From assembly GCF_009914755.1 (NCBI RefSeq), contig NC_060925.1: 64,000 nt of DNA. One strand, 5' to 3'. The position numbers and the translations under genes were made by a program. Below the pieces are notes generated by a model. That model saw only the letters and a program-made list of their open reading frames with translations. It was not told the DNA's origin and made no database searches. Origin of the DNA: the human T2T-CHM13v2.0 reference genome, Homo sapiens. How positions within the stretch are numbered: position 1 is the first letter of the stretch; every line of letters starts with the position of its first letter. Below are positions 50,496 through 63,351 of the stretch, piece by piece.

Positions 50496-52669
50496 TTTAA
50501 TGGCCCCATCTGTTACCAGTGGTAGCCCTTTCAAGTTGATTCCTGTGTCCTTTGACATAAACTCAGAAGTGTTTAGTAAGTTTCCTGTTTTTGGCACAAT
50601 AAGATGTCTCATTTCAACTTAGAATTTTTCTGCATCAAACCTGGAATCAGCCATTTCTTCTAAAAAACACTGGTTTCTGTAGATGGGAAATGGCATTTAA
50701 ATTTCGAGTCTGGGTGCTATGGGTGCTTATGGCTGCAAACCATCCTTTTGAATGAACAACAGTAAACTTGAATTTGGAGACTTCAACCATGACACCAGAG
50801 AGGAATAACTTTCTGCCTTCTGATTTTGAGTTCCCAATCTAGATAATTGTCTTCTTTTATTGCAGCCACAAAGAGTAAGCAAATTTATGGAACCTATAGG
50901 ACTGATCCCTACTCCACTCCCTTTATGCCACTGCTTGTGAGTGGCAAAAAGGAAGGAATGAGTAGTAAAATATGCTCTTATAACCCCTACTCGGAATGTG
51001 TAGTGAGGTTTCCATAAGTTCAGGGATTAGAAATGTATCTGGGGCCTCTAACTGTCTAAAACTGGGGCCTATCACTTTATCACTATAAGTTTAAGGTACA
51101 TGAGTTAAACAGAAATCTGCAGAGTAGCCTAAGAACAAAGCCACCACTCACAGCAATATTTCTGTGGGAAAAATACATTTCATGTACTCTCTCCAAAACT
51201 CACAAAATATGATACAATCCTTTGTTTCTGAAGACAAGCCATTAGTATTACACTGAGCTCTGTATATGCTTGGCTTTATACCAGCTAGCAGGTCCTGCAT
51301 TTAAGTTTTTGTTTACAAATGAAACAAACTGAAACAAAGTCTATGAGGAAGCTGAGACTTTATATTGCTATCAATTAAAATCACTGCTACTTAAGAACTA
51401 ATACAGGAAGATTAGATAATACATACTCAACAGTGTTTATATTTGTAGAGTACTTTGCAAAACACTCTCACATACACACAGATACTACGAAGTTAAATTA
51501 AGTCAAGTCTTTGACACTAAACAGCTCTAAGTCTAATGGACCCTACAATAAATCTGGAGTTATTCCAAGAGAAGTATATAATTTGCCCAAGCACACACAC
51601 TTTATCAAAACTAGGAACCAGAAAACAGAACTTATGTCTTTCCCTATTGTGTTGCAAGTCCCTTGTTCATTTTCTTCCACAAAAGTTACCTTTATATTCT
51701 GTAGCTGTCTGCATATACTATAGCATCTCTGTTTTTTAAGTCCAACTTTTTTTATGAAGCTACTGCTTTTTCCACAATCAAACATCTACGTCATGATATA
51801 AGCTTCACAGATACATTTACATTTTAGTTTCATGTTTCCTAGCTAGACAAGCATTCTATCCATTTCTATATAGGGATGTTAAACAGTATATCTTATGATA
51901 AGTTTTAACACTACAATTAAATTATAAACAGAAGTAAAACTGATTAATATGTTGTTTTCCTTTCCTTGGCTGTTGACCTTTGTGTTATCCATACTTATTA
52001 TACATGTACTTATGTACTTAAAATTATATACATATATGAAATAAGCTTCTTCTAATTAATAGTCATTGAATATATATCAACCTGCATTAGGAACTGCAGT
52101 TTATATATAAGAAATAACAACATCCAAACAGGTGATAGAATATGTCAATTGCTTGATGACTTCTACATAATTGTGTTAAGGTCACAAAAAAAGAGAAAAA
52201 ATTAAGGAGAAAGATAATCATAATGTAATCGACATTTAAGACAGAGAAGAATAGCAGTAGAGATAATCTGGGTCCATACAAGCTCAGCAGCTGATGGTGT
52301 TCTGGTGGGTTGCGACTCTGAAGCACAGTGCTTTCAGGGGAAATAAAGGACAGTTTTCCCCATGTTCGGAACATAACAACACAGGGAAAAAAGGCCTGGT
52401 CACAATCTTAAAAATAAAGGTCTTTTGTGGGGAAATGGTAGTAAGTAAGTTTAGACTGCAGAAAACATATTGTGTATTCTTAAGGGTGCCAATACCCAGC
52501 CAGTAACAGTACATCTTCATCTAGGTTAACAAATCACAGACATATCATTATTAAAAACATGCATATTAACTATGCAGGACCTGAAATGTAAATGACTATG
52601 ATAGAGAAAAATAATCTGAACCCACACAATAAAAATAAAAAATATATACATTATTTTAACACAATTGGG

Positions 52670-53905
52670 TATAGTGACTTATCCTTCAACATCCAGCTCA
52701 AATGTAGCCTCTGGAAAGCTTTATCTGCTAAGTGTTCCTCTGTATGGCCACATATTTGGTAAACATTTGGCAAATGTACTATTAATCTCATTGTGTTATC
52801 TGCTCGTGTGTCTGCCTGCACCACTACACTCAGAGCTCTCTATAAGTGGGATTCAAATTTCATACTTCTTTGTGCCCTTTGCACCCTACTGTATGCCTTC
52901 CTAGCATGGAAGACAGTAGTAGCATGAATGAGGATGTGCTTACTGGGTGTTTGTGGATTAAAGAGATGCTAGAAATTCAGAGAATAATTAAATGTGGCTG
53001 TTGCCTTACTTGGGGGAAGTACAGAATAGCAGCTTACAGAAGTTTCTCAATAACTATTTGCTGATGAAAAGAAAAAAGGAATAAATGACATTCACTTGCC
53101 TTTCATTCATTAGGTCCTGCAAGTTCAAGGTCTGCACCCTAGGGTTCCCTTTGTTCTAACCAAAGGTATCACCATGGCCTTCTTCAACCCCTTATATTTG
53201 TCCTGATTTGTCCTAGCACAGGACCTTTGCATATGATTCCTTTACAAGAAACACTTTTCTCTTACATTTATCCTCTTTGCACTGTCTTTGTCTATACACA
53301 TCGATTTTCATTCAAAAATACGTAGTAACTGCCTACCCCATATTGAGTCTCTATTATTCTGTCTTGTAGAATGTTACAGTCTGTAAATTGCTGACAGAGT
53401 GATCTTTTTAAAAGGCAAACCTAATCATGCTATACTCCTATTTAAAGAAATCCTTCAATGGCCCCTTACAGTCTTCAGGATAAAGCTCATACTACTTGCC
53501 TTGCACAGAGGGATCTGGCTATGGCAGCCTCTCTGGAGGCTTCACCTGCCATAAAGATGTTTGCTCCACACTACTAAACCGTCTCCTTCTCTTGTATACT
53601 TCTCAATGTCTTCTGCCTCTGTCCTACACGTGGGCTGACATGCTACCAAAACTTCTTTCTTCCTGGCTCTTCCCCCCAGCCTCCCCATGTTTTGTTTGTT
53701 TGTTTGTTTGTTTGTTTTTTAGTTATCCTTCAAACCTTGGCTCAAGAGTTTATCTTTCCAGGAAACACTCCCTTGCTCACCAATTAATTTATATGCCATT
53801 ACATTCTCTCTCCCACCGTACAGTAGGCTTTTGAGGGCAGACCCCTTGCCTTGCTAATTTATCTCTTGTGCCCTCAGAATCTAGCACATTGTGTCATACA
53901 TACTA
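52670..53905 (+). mobile_element. Cluster of L2 fragments
   Basis: atccagctcaaatgtagcctctggaaagc; aatccttcaatggccccttacagtcttcaggataaag; ccctcagaatctagcacattgtgtc. Confidence 0.55.
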
Positions 53906-53909
53906 GTTC

Positions 53910-54790
53910 CAGGAAAACTGCAAAAGACTCTGAAAGGAGCAAAATGATTATGAGGTGTCTGACCAGTGGAATTATGAATGCTGTCTAGAAGGTCCTGTGG
54001 GGGTTATCAAGTTTTGTAGTGCTCTGCATCTTTCATTGTCTTCAACTATCTTGCCAGGATATAATTGGACAAATTGTATAACCAACGCCTTATCTTAAGT
54101 GGCAGTAATGACAATCCACTAGAATGGAACAAAGAGGTTGTTGTATTTATGCAGTTAATGCCCACAAAACCCTCCCAGGAAAACTTACATGCTGTCTGCC
54201 TGAGAAAGTCCAACCTTATTGGGGTAAGGAAGGCCTTTTTCTAGAAAACCAGGAACCTTAGCAAATTTGGAGAATCTCAAGAGGAACTCACCTTAATTTA
54301 CAGATGTTTCAGGTAAACCATATGGTGGCAAGTTTTCTTGGGCTTAGTTGCTTAGCTTCAAGATAGCAAATAGCAGAGACTATATAGGCTCAATCTGAGG
54401 TTTCTTATGAAAATTTACATAAGTAAGGAAATTCTGAAGGCTTAGCTAGTCAATACTGCATGGCTCTAGATTTACAATGCAAACTCAAGAAGGCTTAAAT
54501 GGTTAATTAGCTTTCTGGTTGCCCCAACATAAATAGGCCAAATCTAGTAAGAACAGTCTTCTTTTTGTGACTAAGAACAATCTTAGAGATTATTATGAAC
54601 ACAAGTGGGGAGACTGTCGGGAAAACTGTGAAAGACTTTGAAATGGGCAAAAAAAATATTGCTATCCTCCCAGTGGAATGCTGAGTGCTGTCTAGCATTC
54701 TTTTCCAGGTTTTTCTGATACTATACAGGTCTGCACCATTCATAGGTTCTATTTTTATAGCTCTGTAAAGATAGAAATTAACTTGTGAAA
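53910..54790 (+). mobile_element. Degenerate ERV1 (MER4-group) internal-region fragment
   Basis: Resembles MER4/MER21/MER34-group internal text as I recall it (aagaggaactcacc...aatctgaggtttcttatgaaaa...aggccaaatctagtaagaac). Subfamily not determinable by eye. Confidence 0.5.
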
Positions 54791-55199
54791 GACTGACGGT
54801 AATGCAAATGTTTCTTGTCCATAGAGATGCAAGTAAATTTTGTCCAGTGAAGATGTAATTATTACATTGTGGATATTATGGTTTTGTATCTGTCAGCATA
54901 TACATTTCAGTACTCGAGTGTTTCTCTTTTTCAGATTGTCCTTTATACCACCTTACTGGGGTTTCCATATTAATTAATGAGCTAATTAAAATATGAGTCA
55001 TAAGTTTATTTTTATTGTAAAATTATTCTTTAGGTCAGGCAGAAATGTTTTCTGAATAAATGAATATCTTTATACATAGTAGGTAGTTTTTGCTGAGAAC
55101 CTATTAATGAACTGATAAGAAAAACATAAAGGATAAAGTACTATACTAGTTCACTGACATAAACATTTTTAGTGTCCATGAGGCACAGAAGGGTATTAT

Positions 55200-55800
55200 A
55201 TTCATTCATTCAACAAAGATTAAAGAAATGCCTGCTTTGTGCCAGGCATTGGGCTACACGCTAGAGCACAGTGATGACTAAGAAGAGGCCCCTTGTCCTC
55301 ATGGATATTATATTCTAGTAAATGAGACATGAATTAAATTGAACAGTCATACAAATAAGCATAAAAATTATGACTTCGGTTAATTTGTACTAAACTATGA
55401 TTGCTATGAAAGCCCTTCAGGAAGTTGACCTAGTGTGGGAGGTCAAGGGAAGTCTTTCCCTGAAAGATATTTGAGTTGAGCTCTGAAAAGTTAGTAGGTT
55501 AGTTAGATGATGGAAGATGTAGCAATATGTGCAAATGTCCAGTGGTGGGACAATCAGGGCAAATACTAAGGAATGAAAGGTAACTATTGGTGCATTGTGG
55601 ATTGGGGCTTATGTTGGTACATGGGATTTTTTAAGGGGCCCATTAAGACTTGCAGTTATCCTCTTAATCACTAGATGGCAGACATATATTAAGAAGGCAA
55701 AAGCTGAAAATTTAAATTCAAGGGGGATTATAATAGTAAGGTGGGGGAAATCATAGATTTAGCAGGGAAGTATGGGAGATGAGAATTTAGTAGGGGCAGG
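55200..55800 (-). mobile_element. L2 3' fragment
   Basis: ttcattcattcaacaaag...gcctgctttgtgccaggcattgggcta...ccccttgtcctcatgga. Confidence 0.7.
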
Positions 55801-58394
55801 CAGGCATGGGACAGCCTCTGGACTTACAGGTCCTGATAATGAAGAGCAATAGAAATCCATCTAATCAAGAAATATTTATTGAGAACCTACTGAAAGCTGC
55901 TACTGCGTATTCCCTGAAAGTCAGTAGCTGTATCTCATTTTTCTTTCAGTTCTTAGCATCTCTTCACTTCAACATCCATTAAGCACTTATTACATGCGTA
56001 CTACTGCCTTCCATGCTGTGAAGCATAACAAAATAAATGAAAAAGATGTTCCCTTTTCTCAAGACACTTAAAAAATATAGGGTGAAATGCCAAAATACTA
56101 CATATAGTAGAGCAGTTATAAATAAAAACTTTATTCCTCATTGTATGAACATAATTGATAAACTTTTTGATCATAGATGAAAATCTTACATTAAATGACC
56201 ATTAATACTGATAAGTAGTGTCAAATTGTTGATGTTCCTAAATAATGAAAAAATAGGTCCAGTCAGCTAATAATATAACTGTAACTACATATTATAAACA
56301 TCGGTAAATTCTGAGATCAAATAAGAAGGTATAGAAGTTTCTGAACTGTACAGACCTGGTGTAGCTATCACATTAACACTGGTTATTTCACTAGTCATGT
56401 TGATGCTGTGCAAATTAGTAACTCTCTTGAAAGACAGTACTGTGCAAAACAAGGGTACATTTTTTTGGATGTAAAATACATCATGAGAAAACAAAATAAG
56501 CAAAGTTTTATATCATTCTGATACAAAGAATTAAGAATAAAATGGGGAATTGGATGTCACACAACCTCAATTAGACTGCTCCTAGGGCCTAAACACACAT
56601 AATTGTAAAAGTTTTGCTCCCCTGAAAATGTAAAATGTCAAGTACACATCTAATATATGTAAAAATTCATGAAGTGAACATTTGTATAACAAGGGATGCT
56701 TGCTAAGAATGTGAAAAGGTACTAAACTAATGAAAAAGGCTATCAGCATGCAATACAACTTACTAGAGGAGATATTCTACTAGAAACACTGACCCTACAG
56801 GTGGACACTAAGTGAAAAAATATATACTGGTAAAGACAAGAAGGAAAAGTATTTTATATGAAAGAAAAAAATGTAAGAAAATGTACACAAAATGTGACAG
56901 AGGTAGAAGGACCAAGACACAAAATCATAGAACTTAATGTCTGAGGAGATCTCAAGAAATAAGTTTAGTTTCGTTACAGTAAGCAAAATAAATCTTTCTT
57001 TTCACTGCAATGGTTTCCAGAAAGTGAATCAGAAAGTAGAATGATGAAAATCACTCCCCTGATGCACCAAGGAGACTGTTAACCTTGCAGTTACCATTTT
57101 GATCACCAGGTGGCAGACAAATATTAAAAAGGCAAAATGCAGGGTAAATTTAAATTCCTGGGGTTTGGGAGGGGGAGGAATAAGGGATATAGGCAGACGA
57201 ATGAGAAAATATAACTTTTTAGACATAAGAAAATTAAGATGCTTGTAATACATAAATTTTTTGAAAGTAGGTACAATCTGTACTACCCTCCATTTTACAG
57301 TTGAGGCAACTGAGATCCAGAAGTGTTACCTTGCTTATCTAAAGTCTACAACAAATCCCCAAGCTTATGTATTTTGCAGCCTAAGAAAAAAATACCTGCA
57401 TGAAATAATATGTGAATAAATTAAATAATAATGTATAATTATAATAGTGACATCTTAAAATGCATGGCAGTTTATAATTCAAAACAAGCTTTAAAAAGAT
57501 GTGTTTTAATTTGTATAGGTAATAACTAAAGAGTTAAAAGACTTACCCATGATTGACTTGCTTCAATGTGTTAGCTACTTTATGTACTGTATTTTATTTC
57601 ATTTAAATATCTACTATACAACAAATTTGGTGAACATTTTCTCTATTTTACATATTAGGAAACCAAAAGATTAACAAAGCAAAGTGACTTGGGCAAGACA
57701 AGGTAAATCATAAGTGACAGAATGTGACTCCAACCCAAGTGTTCTGACTCATGAACAGAACTGTTTTCATCATAACTATGCTAGATAAATAAGTCCAGAG
57801 AGACCCAGAAGAAATAAATGTCCAAGAACTAGCCTGAGAAAGGCTAGCTCTAAAAATGGCAAGCTATAAATCTCATTTTTTAAGGCAAGTGGTAGTTTCA
57901 GAATAATAAGAGTGCTAATGTTCCAGGTAGGTGAGATGTCAGGATGAAGAGACAAGAGCTGAACATACTTTGCGAAATATGCTGAAAACATACGTGTCAG
58001 GGCAAAAAGGTAAACTGGAAGATTATCAAGATACGTATTTGGTGAAGTCTGATGAATTCAGTTGATTAAGGGCTGTTATTATTAGGCTAAGGACACAAAA
58101 TTTTACACAAGCATCAGAATTACATTCCTTGAGCAGGTGACTGCTATGTGAGACTAGGTCACTAGGAAAGATTCTGATGTGGCCGTAACACATCCAAGGA
58201 CCCTTTACCAATTCTCCCAGTCCATAGTGATTTCAGAATCCTTGTCAGTTTTATTCACTTATTTCTCTACCACTCAACTGTCATCTGATATATTCTCCAT
58301 TATAAAGGCAGTGTTTAATTTTAAGTACATTCCTCTCTTACCAAATCCTTGAGACTAAGAATCATATCTTTTCATTTGTTTTGTTTCTAATATC

Positions 58395-59960
58395 ACTTCC
58401 ACTTCAACTTAGAAGGTAAAACCTGCAAGAGAATGTCACTCCCATCCTAACAATGAGAAAAAGCTGGATAATCTTTTTAAAAAATCATAATTTTTGTTGA
58501 ACCTATGAGACCTGTGTTGCAAGTCAACCAAGTAAACTGAATTTCATATATTAGAAGCTCCTCCAAGGAGAGATGAGAGACAGGATTAATTTCACCATTG
58601 GCAAAGCACAAGGGAAGAGGTAGCTGCCATATAAACAGGTAAGAAAAAAATCTGCTAAAATGTCAATAAGGTCTTAAAGGCCAACCATGGGCTAACATGT
58701 CAGCTTAGAATAGCTGAGCGTCTCAAAGACAGGGGGAGTTTGCACACGCAAGCTCTTTTCCATATGTAAATTTCTTTAATTTTATTTCCAATTGAGGTAA
58801 CTCTACTACCTCGTGCTCATAAGAAAAATTGGGAGCAGTACAGGAGACTGAAAAGCACTCCCCTTGGTGGTTCAGGCTTGCAGGAAGTGACAGGCTGCAC
58901 AGGGACAGGCATGAAGTCCCAATGACCTTTGAGGACATTCATTTATATAAAACAAAAGCCTTAAACTGCTGACAAACTCACTGCCTCCCAAGACTGCTGG
59001 GGGAAATGTAGAAGTAAAACCTTTATCTGCCCTAGGGAAGAATAAGAAGCCTTCTTAAGAACAGAATCCTATATTGATACCAAGCAGAGGTCTACTACCA
59101 CTGAGCAGGGCAGAAAAGCCTCGGCCACCTAAGACCAATCACAGATATAAGGAAGTTTCTCTGCCATGAAAAGAAAGTGGAAGGATGCTAAGAAAGTCCC
59201 ACTCCTAAGGCACGGGGGCGCATGGCCCACTTAAGACAAGCATAGAGAACACATAAGGCTAGGATCAACTAACTAGTCACAGATGTTAACTGCTTTGGAG
59301 GGGCAAAAACATTGAAAGAAAAGCCTCTATATAGCTCAGGGGTTCCAGGACTGCTGATAGCTCAGAGTGAAGCAAGAACACTGAGAAAGCTTTCCAGTAC
59401 CTTCTTTAGAAGACTCTACTCTAAGCACAAGATAATAGCAGCCCATTACAGGCAATGATATCAACAAAATCAAAATCCAGTTCATTTTCCGATGGACTCA
59501 GCCTCTTATACAAACAGCATGATAGAAGAAGAGCCTGCCAGTTTCTAGGTGTAAATACTATTTAACTGTTTCTACCCATTTCTGGGTGTAAATGCTGTTT
59601 AACTCTTTCTATACATGGGGTCCATTGTTCAATTAAGAATTATAAGACATGAAAAAGCAAGAAAAATAAAGATGGACAACATGCATGAATAGATGGAACG
59701 ATAGCAGAGAAATGGAATCTATTTTTTTTTAAGTCAAGTGATAAAAAAAACTCAAATGATGTAAGACATGAAGAATTCTTCTGATGGGCCCATTGGAAGA
59801 CTAAGGAAAGATTCTGTGCTCTTTAAGACAGGTCAATAGAAATTATTCAAAATGAAACACAAAGGAAGAAGAGAGCAGGAAAAATAAGACAAACAAAAAA
59901 ATCAACAAGAAGAAACAAAACAGAGCATCCAAGAACTGAGGGATATTAGAAACCAGTCTA
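58395..59960 (+). mobile_element. Ancient L1M 5' region plus ORF1 remnant
   Basis: L1M-type start (cttccacttc...gaaaaagctggataatc) and ORF1-like agatggacaacatgcatgaatagatgg...ggtcaatagaaattattcaaaatgaaacac...agagcatccaagaactg. Confidence 0.6.
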
Positions 59961-60099
59961 ATTCATTCTGCTCCCAACGCATAGTTGGCATTCATTAATT
60001 TTTTTTTGGTATGTTGTTGTTAAAAGTTGACAGGATATAAACAATATTACTAATATTTATGAAACTTCTGGTGACTGCTGGAAGAACAAATTCTGTCAC

Positions 60100-60275
60100 T
60101 ACACTAATTCTAATCTTCACAATAACTCTATGGAAGTGGATATAATTATCAATATTTTATAGATCTGAGGGCTAAGAGGATTAGAGAAGTTAGGAAAGTT
60201 ACTCAAGTTCACATACCATCCAAGCGGCACACTGTTCTGATCCTGATCTCTTATACTACAAAGCCTGGAATCTTT
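60100..60275 (-). mobile_element. MIR
   Basis: taatcttcacaataactctatgg...attttatagatctgagg...agagaagttaggaaagttactcaagttcaca. Confidence 0.6.
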
Positions 60276-62724
60276 ACATTCCCGCAGGGGGTCTTTCTAT
60301 TAAGTGATGAGGGTGATGGTTGGATGTAAAAAGGAAGAGTAAAAATAAACATCAATGAAGTAAAGTCTTTCTGAATTTGTAAATAATGGTCCTTAGTAAG
60401 TTAAGAGGAGATAAGTGATCTTGAAAACTCTAGATCAGCAGGCCTAGCACAAAGTAGGTGTTCAGAGGAGGTATACAATCTCGAAAGCTGTAAACCAGCA
60501 CACGCTAGATACTGGTTGTGTTGAACTGAATTAGACAGACTCTCCATTATGGTATGTCCATTATGTTCACAATGCATTAAATGCTTATTAATGCTAAGTT
60601 GGGGTCTGTTCTAGAATTTGACTAAAGAAATCTGCATATTAGATTTTAGAGAGAATATGAGAAATCAGAACTGACCCCTTTACAGACTGCTTTTACTGAA
60701 CACAGATTAGGAAGTTTAGTTTCTATCTAAAAGATCCCAGAAACACAGTAGTTTATAATTCATTTCCCCATTGTTAATCAGAAACTACATAAAAACCCAT
60801 TCAATGGCAGCACTCTATCAGGGATTCTAAAAGACTGTCTCTCACTGAAGTGTGTTAATAGGTAGAAAGAAGGTCTTGTATTCACAGGAGGTCTCATTAT
60901 TCACCTGTGTTTATATGTAGTATGGTTGTGAACTGTTAATACTTTTAGCCAACTTTTAAAGATAGTTCATATGCCAAGTAATTATATCAATTTTAAATTT
61001 TTAAAATACATTGTTTCATTATTTTTTTCTGGTCTTTAATATTTGAAAATGCAAATTCTACCAAAGACCCTGCACTAACTTTTCAGGACCAAAAGATTAT
61101 TGATCAGTGCAAATACAAGTTTTATAAGACTATTAAATAGTATTCTCAAAACAAAATAAATAAGTCAGTAACCCTTTGATAAATGGTAAGCTATTTGCAA
61201 TTTCACTTTTGTTGACAGGGTTTCAATATTTCAACATTTAAAAAGGTTTCTTAATACATGACAAGTCTACTGTATTATCAGTAAGACACAGAATTCAGTT
61301 CCTCTCACTAACTAATGTGAAGATGACTTTTCTAGCTGGGATAAATAATTTAGAAGTCAGTACTGAAGAAAAGAACCATATTATTTTCAATCACCTTAGT
61401 AAATTATGTTTTCAAAAAATATACAGCTAAGGGTTAAAATATTTGTTAGTAAAATAATTATAGCTGCATTTTATTTCTCAGATTTACCATATTAATATAT
61501 AATGAACATAAATGTGTATGTGTGGAATCACACATAAGTAGAGTATTAAAATGCTTCTGGTGTTAAATGAATCAAAGGTCTTAACAGAAATTGCAATTAT
61601 ATTTTGGTGTCAGAATCAAATAATACTAGTTTTCAAAAGCATTTACTATAAACGTCAAAGACACTAATAAAGGCAAAAAGAGAACAGATCTGTGAAATAA
61701 CTGATATTATATTCATATGTTAGAAAAGCCATAAAGAAACTTCAGAGAAGGTTGAAAAACATAGTCCTATTTTGTAATTAGTATAGGCGCACAGGCCAAC
61801 TTAAGATATTTATGTATTATTCTAGTGTTTTATGTTAGGAAAACATGTTAGGAAATATAACAATGTGTAGCAGATACAAATCCAGCTCAAATTATAAGAT
61901 CCTATTATACCCCCATAGTTAGAGATCTATTGACATTTCTGAAAATTCCTTTCTCTTGGGGGACACTAATAGGCAGCAGCAGTAGCCCTACAAAGAAAAG
62001 ACTGGTTTTTCCTTTCATCAACACCAGCATTGATCTCTGACAAACTTTAAAAGCAGCTCTATATTCAAAACCAGAAGAAAATCAGCATTTCTTTATCCTA
62101 AGATTCTTGGAAAACAATAATAATTTGTTTACAAAAGGTAGGCACTTTTGGAATAGAGAACTGTTGTTAATTTAATCAAGACCCCTTACAAACAAAAAAG
62201 GCAACAGGGAAAAAAAACAAAGTCAAATAGGACAGAATATAGGGAGGAAAAAATATTAATGATGTGATTACTGATGTAAAGTCTAGAATGGTAGTATTCA
62301 CTAGATTTACTAAATGGAGAAATTGAGTACCTTTGTTTTTGTTTCAAGACATTGTAATAAATGTCAGTCATTTCTGGCAATAAATTTGAAGAGTAAAATT
62401 ACAACATTAAGGTACATGTCAACTTTAAAATGTCTCAAAATATATACTGAACATGTTCACATAAAAAGATTATCTTCCATTATATGTTATTAATATACTA
62501 GTATTGTTCAGCAGAGCTAAACATTTTAAAAATGAAGTCCAAGCAAGTTATTGAAAGGAGCTGGTTTTGAATTATTTATTTGATAGAATTATGTTCTTGA
62601 ATAATCTTATGACAATATAAAGGTCTCAATGTGTATTCTGTTGTGTTTCTAAAAGACACACTATTCTGAAAGGCGCTAAAAATTTTTTGTGTAACTATCT
62701 TCTTTTAAGGAAAGTACTACATAA

Positions 62725-62743
62725 TGTCCACTAGAGGGCACCC
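62725..62743 (+). promoter_or_regulatory. Strong CTCF core motif
   Basis: TGTCCACTAGAGGGCACCC closely matches the CTCF consensus CCAC(C/T)AG(A/G)(G/T)GGC(A/G)C. It stands out as a GC-rich patch in very AT-rich surroundings. Confidence 0.75.
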
Positions 62744-63072
62744 TTGTAATCCATAACTGATTTAAAACAAACATTTAATTATAATCAAATTTAATATTTT
62801 GGAAATTAATATTATTTCAACAGAGAAACAAAAGAGAAAAATAACTTTCTGTCACATTAACAATATGGAGAGTGTATTTTTCAAAGTGAACTCAAAAGAT
62901 CAATTTATAAATTATTGACATTAGTATTAATATAATTAGTCTACATATATCTTTGGAACGCTGACTGCTAAAATGTGTTTTCATTTAGGCAGTATTTTTT
63001 TTATGGACATGGACGTGTGTTAAAAGAAGAACATTCACTTAACTTATTTCAAAAGAGTTGATCACTTGAAGG

Positions 63073-63351
63073 TTTTTTTTTGTTTTTTTTTTTTTTCTGA
63101 GGCAGAGTTTGGCATGATCTTGGCTCACCGCAACCTCTGCCTCCCGGGTTCAAGTGATTCTCCTGCCTCAGCCTCCCGAGTAGTTGGGATTATAGGCATG
63201 CACCACTATGCCTGGCTAATTTTGTATTTTTAGTAGAGATGGAGTTTCTCCGTGTTGGCCAGGCTGGTCTCGAACTCCTGACCTCAAGTGATCCGCCTGC
63301 CTCGGCCTCCAAACGTGCTGGGATTACAGGCATGAGCGACTGTGCCTGGCC
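63073..63351 (-). mobile_element. Alu (AluSp-like) with a ~30-bp internal deletion
   Basis: caccgcaacct, ctaattttgtattttt and tttctcc diagnostics; TSD ATC(A/G)CTTGAAG at 63061-63071 and 63353-63363. Confidence 0.93.

Larger units (their letters stand above)
49030..50725 (-). mobile_element. Old L1 (L1MC4/5-like) 3' region with nested insertions
   Basis: Same family text as 2980-3470 (acataaccaaaatatcattatcatacctagcaag; ccctttcaagttgattcctgtgtcctttgacat; cctggaatcagccatttc). Confidence 0.65.

Noticed and set aside
57160-57186. Possible G-quadruplex
   Set aside because: Only three G>=3 runs; does not meet the canonical pattern.
57541-57549. Strong minus-strand donor TGG|GTAAGT
   Set aside because: No convincing polypyrimidine acceptor within exon distance upstream.
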